The translations under genes were made by a program, and so were the position numbers. Positions 49,586-55,525 of a DNA stretch of 55,525 nucleotides are shown here, piece by piece. The notes beneath the pieces were generated by a model. It worked only from the letters and a program-made list of their open reading frames with translations. It was not told the origin of the DNA and did not search any database. Position 1 is the stretch's first letter; every line of letters starts with the position of its first letter. This DNA comes from Octopus bimaculoides (lineage: Eukaryota): contig NC_068990.1 in NCBI RefSeq assembly GCF_001194135.2, positions 84,997,557 to 85,053,081 of the forward strand. The letters run 5' to 3'.

Positions 49586-50139
49586 CCTTCCAAAAGTAAT
49601 ATCACATTTACAGAGGAAAAGGTCAATACTTAAATAAATAATATTTTTTAAAGTCGAAACGTATACAGCATTGTGGGTGAACATATTCAACTTTTGAATC
49701 GGTGCATTAAATTCAGATGTAAATTGAAAATAAGAAAAAAACTATAAATAATAAAATCAATAAGAATTGTGAGCATAAAAATTTGAAATCTATATATGTA
49801 GAATAATAGTGTTTTCGATTTGCTTAATAGAATAATAATGTTTTTGATTTGCTTAATATAATGAAGATATTTTTAGGAGTTAGTTAATACTTTTATCCTG
49901 GAAAGCGATTTTAATAAAATATTTACTTCGTCTCTTTGCGGTCTAGTATTATCAATAATAACATAAATAAGTTATGTACAAGTTGTATCAATTGGAAATA
50001 AATGGCTGAAAATGGATAATTTTTTTCCCCTTTTAAAATTATTGAATTCAACTTTATAACCTCGAGTTTATCAATTATCAATGTGGTGAAATATAAAATA
50101 GCCTATGTATCATACTTTATGTATGTATACAGTCGAAAA

Positions 50140-50450
50140 GCAAGATGCTGCGGTTTATCCTCCGAGATAAAATCTCTTGTAGACCGTGCTTTATTAAAAA
50201 CATGATATATATCGGAAGAAGACGAAAGATCGCTCAGCATTAACCTGCAAGAAGACTACCAGATACATTTCGGCCTTCTTGGGCCTTGGCAGTAACATTC
50301 ACTCGCATCCACATCCCCAGACTTGATTTTTTGCTCCTGATTATAAAGGGGACAAAATTCACTGATATTGCGAATAGTCACCGAACTGAATAAAAGCATC
50401 CGGCGTTCGCATGAAGCAGCGTTCGCATGAAGAGGAATTTCGTGGTGAGT
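50140..50450 (+). mobile_element. Highly degenerate mariner-like transposase remnant
   Basis: KMLRFILRDKISCRP (like LRRLREKIRRKRP), SPDL, KGTKFTDI (like KGxRFxDI), with stops and frameshifts. Confidence 0.4.
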
Positions 50451-50843
50451 TGTAATGTCCATAAGAAATTAAAAAAAGAAAATACACTTTACATAGTTTT
50501 AATATAATTTTTAATATATCGACCGGTTTCGCTTTCGCTATTCATGATATTATGGTTTACTTATTTGAATATGTATTTTCTGAAGAAGAAATTTTTGACC
50601 AAGTTGTGTGTGATGATATTTACGAGTGAATGGCTTCCCAAGTAGACAAATAAAGGGAAGTAATTAGTTATCGTTATTGTTGTTGTTGTGGGCAAGAGAG
50701 ATAACTGTTCAGCATTCGGTAAGGGGAGGGGAGAGAGAGGGAGNNNNNNNNNNNNNNNNNNNNNNNNNNNNNNNNNNNNNNNNNNNNNNNNNNNNNNNNN
50801 NNNNNNNNNNNNNNNNNNNNNNNNNNNNNNNNNNNNNNNNNNN

Positions 50844-50884
<41 letters not shown>

Positions 50885-51224
50885 TCAACGTGAACAGGTA
50901 AGATATTATATATATATTAAGTATGAAACATAGATGGCTATTTTGACTTAAAGCTGCTTCAGTTGCGTAATGAAATATTATCAGTAAATAAGCGTCGTAA
51001 ACGCTATAACAAACAAACAAACAAGTGGTTGCATGAAGAGAACATTGTGAGGTTAATACTTTGAATATTCGGTTACAGACTGGATTAGTGAAACAACTTC
51101 ATTACCATGAAATGTTTAAGGATCCATCGTAATCGCTTTGCCTTCTTTCTAAGAAGCATCAATGTGGGGAATATGAAGTTTGATGAGCAACCAATCTTGG
51201 TCATTAGTGTGCTGGGAAGTCATT

Positions 51225-51292
<68 letters not shown>

Positions 51293-51351
51293 CAACTGCA
51301 TCACGTGGTCGTGGTCGTGGTTGGAGTAGTCGTCGTCGCCGCTGCCGCTGC

Positions 51352-51440
51352 TGTCCTCCTCTTCCTCCTCCTCTTCCTCCTCCTCTTCCTCCTCCTCTTC
51401 CTCCTCCTCTTCCTCCTCCTCTTCCTCCTCCTCTTCCTCC
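51352..51440 (+). repeat. (CTCCTCTTC)n 9-bp tandem repeat next to CAT/CAG/CAA/GTC runs
   Basis: Read directly; it runs into a gap. Confidence 0.95.
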
Positions 51441-52083
51441 NNNNNNNNNNNNNNNNNNNNNNNNNNNNNNNNNNNNNNNNNNNNNNNNNNNNNNNNNNNN
51501 NNNNNNNNNNNNNNNNNNNNNNNNNNNNNNNNNNNNNNNNNNNNNNNNNNNNNNNNNNNNNNNNNNNNNNNNNNNNNNNNNNNNNNNNNNNNNNNNNNNN
51601 NNNNNNNNNNNNNNNNNNNNNNNNNNNNNNNNNNNNNNNNNNNNNNNNNNNNNNNNNNNNNNNNNNNNNNNNNNNNNNNNNNNNNNNNNNNNNNNNNNNN
51701 NNNNNNNNNNNNNNNNNNNNNNNNNNNNNNNNNNNNNNNNNNNNNNNNNNNNNNNNNNNNNNNNNNNNNNNNNNNNNNNNNNNNNNNNNNNNNNNNNNNN
51801 NNNNNNNNNNNNNNNNNNNNNNNNNNNNNNNNNNNNNNNNNNNNNNNNNNNNNNNNNNNNNNNNNNNNNNNNNATCATCATCATCATCATCATCACTATG
51901 TCTTTAGGTCAACAAATTTGCCTTTTATTTATCATTCTATATTTTTTTCTTTTTACTAGTTTTAGTCATCGAAGCGCGATCATGCTGGAGCACCAATTCG
52001 CTAACATCTGTGAGTTTCGACCAGAAATCGCTGAGAAAACTGTTCAAGAAATTAGTGGCCAGCTGTCAAGTTGGAGTATATTG

Positions 52084-52167
52084 TAGACAGATGCGTCGAT
52101 AGAATATTCCAGAAATATTCTAGACAGATGCGTCGATAGAATATTCCAGAAATATTCTAGACAGATG
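52084..52167 (+). repeat. 37-bp tandem duplication (2.3 units)
   Basis: tagacagatgcgtcgatagaatattccagaaatattc at 52084 and 52121, partial copy at 52158. Confidence 0.95.
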
Positions 52168-52232
52168 TCTCGTAAGCAAATTGTCAACAGATGTCTGGTT
52201 AAGAAATTTTAGAGAGACGCGTATGTAGAAAT

Positions 52233-52290
<58 letters not shown>

Positions 52291-52418
52291 CCGTTGTCGC
52301 TGCCTTGTCCATCAGCGTCGCTGTCACCGTCGCCATTGCCATCAGCATCGTCATGATGCTGTTGCTGCTGCTGATGATGCTGATGATGACGACAATATAT
52401 GAATACAATAATAACAAT

Positions 52419-52449
<31 letters not shown>

Positions 52450-52512
52450 GGGAATATCATATTTAGTTTGTTTAACAATTCTCTTCTCTATGATATTAAA
52501 TATGCAGACATG

Positions 52513-52550
<38 letters not shown>

Positions 52551-52797
52551 TGGTCCATGGGAAGAGCCGTTTTAACGATGCGTCCTGCCCAACTCTTCAA
52601 ACGCCGGTGTTAAAACGAGGGTAGCTGATGAAGGAAAATGTTCTCTATGTGGCTTGTGTGTTTTCTGTACTCTGGTTATTATTATTTTCTTGTCTACGTT
52701 TTGTTTGCAATGTCCTGTACCCAGATATGCACCTATATATACAGGTAGACGTAGGTATGCACATACCTGTACGTATATATGCATATACTCATTATTT

Positions 52798-52832
<35 letters not shown>

Positions 52833-53541
52833 ATAAGGGATTCGAACCTCGAACTAATAATTCAAGGCGGTGCCCCAGCATGGCCGCAGTCTAATGACTG
52901 AAACAGATAAAAGAAAAAAGGCGTATAAATGTATATATCAAAACAAAAAAACAAACAAACAGTAATATTAGTTATCGTCAAATATTATCTTTTCATTTAA
53001 CACCAAGATAACTTCAATTTTTTCCAATCAATAAAANNNNNNNNNNNNNNNNNNNNNNNNNNNNNNNNNNNNNNNNNNNNNNNNNNNNNNNNNNNNNNNN
53101 NNNNNNNNNNNNNNNNNNNNNNNNNNNNNNNNNNNNNNNNNNNNNNNNNNNNNNNNNNNNNNNNNNNNNNNNNNNNNNNNNNNNNNNNNNNNNNNNNNNN
53201 NNNNNNNNNNNNNNNNNNNNNNNNNNNNNNNNNNNNNNNNNNNNNNNNNNNNNNNNNNNNNNNNNNNNNNNNNNNNNNNNNNNNNNNNNNNNNNNNNNNN
53301 NNNNNNNNNNNNNNNNNNNNNNNNNNNNNNNNNNNNNNNNNNNNNNNNNNNNNNNNNNNNNNNNNNNNNNNNNNNNNNNNNNNNNNNNNNNNNNNNNNNN
53401 NNNNNNNNNNNNNNNNNNNNNNNNNNNNNNNNNNNNNNNNNNNNNNNNNNNNNNNNNNNNNNNNNNNNNNNNNNNNNNNNNNNNNNNNNNNNNNNNNNNN
53501 NNNNNNNNNNNNNNNNNNNNNNNNNNNNNNNNNNNNNNNNN

Positions 53542-53767
53542 CTGTGTGTAGCCCCTTGTGGGCAATAAAGAAATAAAGAAACGTTAGCACCCCGGGCGAA
53601 ATGCTTTGCGGTATTTCGTCTGCCGCTACGTTCTGAGTTCAAATTCCGCCAAGGTCGACTTTAAATTTAATCCTTTCGGAGTCGATAAATTAAGTACCAG
53701 TGGGTCGATCTAATCGACTGGTCCCCTCCCCCAAAATATCAGGCCTTGTGCCTAGAGTAGAAAAGAA
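53542..53767 (+). mobile_element. Dimeric SINE family A (linker, right unit, tail; left unit presumably in the gap)
   Basis: agccccttgtgggcaataaagaaataaagaaacgttagcacc...ccttgtgcctagagtagaaaagaat. Confidence 0.85.
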
Positions 53768-53977
53768 TATATTCTGGTAGTAGTTGTGGTGGCAGTGGTG
53801 GTGGTTGTGGTGGTGGTGATGATAGCGGCGGTGGTGGTGGCGGCAGTTACAGTGCTGGTAATAATAATGATGACGACGTTACACGATATCGATGATGTTG
53901 ATAATGATGGTAATAATGGTGATGGTGGTGTGGATGACAACGAAACCGGTGACAACGACGATGGTGGTGATAACAGT

Positions 53978-54150
53978 TTCAAATTTTGGCTCTGGCCTAG
54001 CAGTTTTGAGGGGATTACATCACGCCCAGAATATGACTGGTACTTATTTTATCGACTATAAAAGAATGAAAGACAACGTCGACCTCGGTGGAATTTGAAC
54101 TCCTAACATAAAGACGGGGACGAAATACCGCTAAGCATTTTGTCCGCCTA
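53978..54150 (-). mobile_element. SINE family A
   Basis: Standard family A motifs on the minus strand. Confidence 0.75.
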
Positions 54151-55525
54151 ACGATGATAGTGATGATGATTAGGATAATAATGATAACGAAGATGGCGAT
54201 GATGTTGTTCAAGGAAACCAGCAGGGGTCTGCCTCAAACAATGTCTTAGTTTTTCCCGTCATTTCGGTCTGTGTATAACTGATGTGGAGGCGTTCCCGAA
54301 GAGCTTGTAAATATAGATAAAAACTAGGCGAGTGATTCGGTTTGTCCTGCAGAGAAAGCTCTGTACTTTAATCACGCTACCTGTTTGCATACCGAAGCTA
54401 AACAGATGCTTACTAAACATATGTCAGTTTATTTACAACTTATCTACAGGGTGGTCTCGCTAAAACGGTTGATTTTAGCCGGCCAAATAGTCAGTAAGAG
54501 CAATACATGATTCACGTGATACTTTCACATAACATTTATAATACTGTACAAATCGGTGACACCATTGAATAGTCTCTGATATCTAAACCCAAATGACGAT
54601 GACGACGACCACGACGATTATGATGATGATGACGACGATGACGACGACGACGATGACAACAGTGTTAATAACTTCGATGATGATGGCAGCGATGGCGAAG
54701 ATGGTTGTACTCGAAAACGAAAACTTACTTTTCTATCGTATTTACATGTAAAGGAATTAGACCATTTGAAAGTCAGATGCCTTGGTCTTGAAGTTATAGA
54801 AGAACTCTAAATTTAAGTGGATTCGATTTTCCCAGTGCTATGATGTCATTCTTTATAGCAGATGAATTGATCCACTAAAAAGTTAAGTACCATTTCCAAT
54901 GACATAGAAATGAGTATTGCACTCACAGTATATAAGTTACAATCATATAATAATATAAATCCCAAGATTTCTATAGAATAGTCATTTATTCCCTTTTGCT
55001 TCAGGCGTCTTTCAGATCATCTTAACTGATGAGTGAACCACGGTAAGCCTATACTTTACAACCGCCATTTTGAATCAATTGGGTTAGCATTTCAGTTAAC
55101 TTAGTATTTTGGAATTCACTTAATTCTAACTTTGACTGAATTCGTATACGCCTAAAGAAATATCAATCTGCAGACGTAACACAGTACGCCTCATTACCGT
55201 TGCACTTTTCAATTAATTTGATATAGATTGCAGTTAATGAGCTTTAGATTACTATTAACTGGTATCATTGAAATAATATAATTCCGTTTAAATTAGACTT
55301 AGCGAACTCTTCAAGACATATTAATCCCTCGACTTTAAGTACTTAACAGCAAACTAGCAAGTACTATTCCAAATTGATGACATCAACAAGATCCTAAAAG
55401 TGCTTTCAAACTAATACACTTGCATGTTGTTCATACACCTGTCTTCGTCTTCTATTTCTTTATAAATTTCAACTATATATATATATGATGTAATGTATGT
55501 ATATATATATATATATGTATATATA

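Noticed and set aside
52555-52780. Hammerhead at CTGATGAAGG (52627); also CTGATGA at 7305 and 55026
   Set aside because: None has stem II followed by GAAA. The 52555-52780 segment may still be an unclassified repeat.
55062-55071. YY1-type motif CCGCCATTTT (a similar motif is near 12300)
   Set aside because: An isolated short motif with no supporting context.

Overview
This is AT-rich, microsatellite-dense animal genomic DNA with many N-gaps. The tRNA-derived SINE families and repeat density point to an Octopus (coleoid cephalopod) short-read assembly; that assignment is an inference, not a database result. I cannot identify any host gene. Most ORFs in the supplied track are artefacts of microsatellites or N-runs, and only a few weak exon candidates remain. 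The window is largely a mosaic of mobile DNA: two near-identical 3' ends of an R4/Dong-like RLE retrotransposon, each followed by (TAA)n; a CRE-like RLE retrotransposon remnant; an APE-type LINE endonuclease remnant; two internally deleted maT (DD37D)-like transposase relics; Tc1 and mariner fragments; three fold-back/MITE elements; and roughly 40 copies or fragments of several modular SINEs. I labelled the SINE families A, B, C and E-G myself, and SINE boundaries are approximate unless TSDs are given. The two most unusual items are (i) a 650-bp fold-back element with perfect 37-bp TIRs, an 8-bp TSD and an inverted (TAACCC)n/(GGGTTA)n telomeric core, and (ii) a minimal type-I hammerhead-ribozyme motif of the kind carried by Penelope-like elements.
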